From Malacoraja senta (taxonomy: Eukaryota), in contig CM075988.1 of the NCBI GenBank assembly GCA_038087875.1, forward strand, positions 22,012,001-22,076,000: 64,000 nt of DNA, written 5' to 3'. Shown here piece after piece: positions 62,397 to 64,000 of this stretch (the stretch's first letter is position 1; each line of letters begins with the position of its first letter). The notes beneath the pieces are model-generated. The model saw only the letters and a program-made list of their open reading frames with translations, ran no database searches and was not told the origin of the DNA. A program made the translations under genes and the position numbers.

Positions 62397-64000
62397 GAGA
62401 GAGGAGGAGAGAGGAGTTGAGAGGGGGAGAGAGGAGTTGAGAGGGGGAGAGAGGAGTTGAGAGGGGGAGAGAGGAGTTGAGAGGAGTTGAGAGGAGTTGA
62501 GGAGTTGAGAGGGGGAGAGAGGAGTTGAGAGGGGGAGAGATGAGTTGAGAGGGGGAGAGAGGAGTTGAGAGGGGGAGAGAGGAGTTGAGAGGGGGAGAGA
62601 GGAGTTGAGAGGAGGAGAGAGGAGTTGAGAGGGGGAGAGAGGAGTTGAGAGGAGGAGAGAGGAGTTGAGAGGAGGAGAGAGGAGTTGAGAGGAGGAGAGA
62701 GGAGTTGAGAGGAGGAGAGAGGAGTTGAGAGGAGGAGAGAGGAGTTGAGAGGGGAGAGAGGAGTTGAGAGGGGGAGAGAGGAGTTGAGAGGGGGAGAGAG
62801 GAGTTGAGAGGGGGAGAGAGGAGTTGAGAGGGGGAGAGAGGAGTTGAGAGGGGGAGAGAGGAGGAGAGAGGAGAGAGGAGTTGAGAGGAGAGAGAGGAGT
62901 TGAGAGGAGGAGAGAGGAGTTGAGAGGGGGAGAGAGGAGTTGAGAGGGGGAGAGAGGAGTTGAGAGGGGGAGAGAGGAGTTGAGAGGGGGAGAGAGGAGT
63001 TGAGAGGGGGAGAGAGGAGTTGAGAGGAGGAGAGAGGAGTTGAGGAGTTGAGAGGAGGAGAGAGGAGTTGAGGAGTTGAGAGGGGGAGTGAGGAGTTGAG
63101 AGGGGGAGAGAGGAGTTGAGAGGAGGAGAGAGGAGTTGAGGAGTTGAGAGGAGGAGAGGAGTTGAGAGGAGGAGAGAGGAGTTGAGGAGTTGAGAGGAGG
63201 AGAGAGGAGTTGAGAGGGGGAGAGAGGAGTTGAGGAGTTGAGAGGAGGAGAGAGGAGTTGAGAGGGGGAGAGAGGAGTTGAGAGGGGGAGAGAGGAGTTG
63301 AGAGGAGGAGAGAGGAGTTGAGAGGAGGAGAGAGGAGTTGAGAGGAGGAGAGAGGAGTTGAGAGGGGGAGAGAGGAGTTGAGAGGGGAGAGAGGAGTTGA
63401 GAGGAGGAGAGAGGAGTTGAGAGGAGGAGAGAGGAGTTGAGAGGGGGAGAGAGGAGTTGAGAGGAGGAGAGAGGAGTTGAGGAGTTGAGAGGAGGAGAGA
63501 GGAGTTGAGAGGGGGAGAGAGGAGTTGAGAGGAGGAGAGAGGAGTTGAGGAGTTGAGAGGGGGAGAGAGGAGTTGAGAGGGGGAGAGAGGAGTTGAGAGG
63601 GGAGAGAGGAGTTGAGAGGAGTTGAGAGGAGTTGAGGAGTTGAGAGGGGGAGAGAGGAGTTGAGAGGGGGAGAGATGAGTTGAGAGGGGGAGAGAGGAGT
63701 TGAGAGGGGGAGAGAGGAGTTGAGAGGGGGAGAGAGGAGTTGAGAGGAGGAGAGAGGAGTTGAGAGGGGGAGAGAGGAGTTGAGAGGAGGAGAGAGGAGT
63801 TGAGAGGAGGAGAGAGGAGTTGAGAGGAGGAGAGAGGAGTTGAGAGGAGGAGAGAGGAGTTGAGAGGGGGGAGGAGAGGAGGAGAGGAATTGAGAGGAGG
63901 AGAGAGGGAGTTGAGAGGGGGAGAGAGGAGTTGAGAGGAGGAGAGAGGAGTTGAGAGGAGGAGAGAGGAGTTGAGGAGTTGAGAGGGGGAGAGAGGAGTT
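62397..64000. repeat. Purine-rich minisatellite, ~18-bp unit GAGAGGAGTTGAGAGG(G/A)G
   Basis: At least 1.6 kb tandem array with essentially no C on the plus strand; runs off the window end. Confidence 0.95.

Noticed and set aside
61440..62440. Long Pro/Ser-rich ORFs (200 and 244 aa)
   Set aside because: Artefacts of a C/T-rich low-complexity tract that lacks stop codons.

Overview
Repeat-dense vertebrate DNA. It is most likely a cartilaginous fish (skate/ray type), inferred from HE1-like V-SINEs, abundant CR1 LINEs and Penelope-like repeats. Two spliced protein-coding genes can be built by hand, both on the minus strand. ANAPC13 has coding exons 61261-61163 and 60576-60451 (74 aa). A three-exon Ly6/uPAR three-finger protein gene has exons 52328-52280, 49812-49684 and 47481-47261 (132 aa, 10 Cys). 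The first ~46 kb show no convincing host gene and consist of nested CR1, Rex1, L1/Tx1, Penelope, SINE, Harbinger-type and hAT-type elements; the repeat features listed are representative, not exhaustive. Main findings: (1) a ~140-bp retroposon headed by a 53-nt minimal HDV-like ribozyme, with copies in sense orientation inside introns of both genes; (2) many minimal hammerhead motifs in fold-back Penelope remnants; (3) two LTRs joined to a 45-49 nt tRNA-Leu(CAA) copy instead of an 18-nt PBS; (4) Harbinger-type MITEs whose 3-bp TSDs repeatedly disagree at the central base; (5) 20-34 bp hAT-like micro-elements with 8-bp TSDs; (6) a purine/pyrimidine strand switch around a ~90-bp island upstream of ANAPC13. 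All calls were made by eye; no database search or folding program was run.
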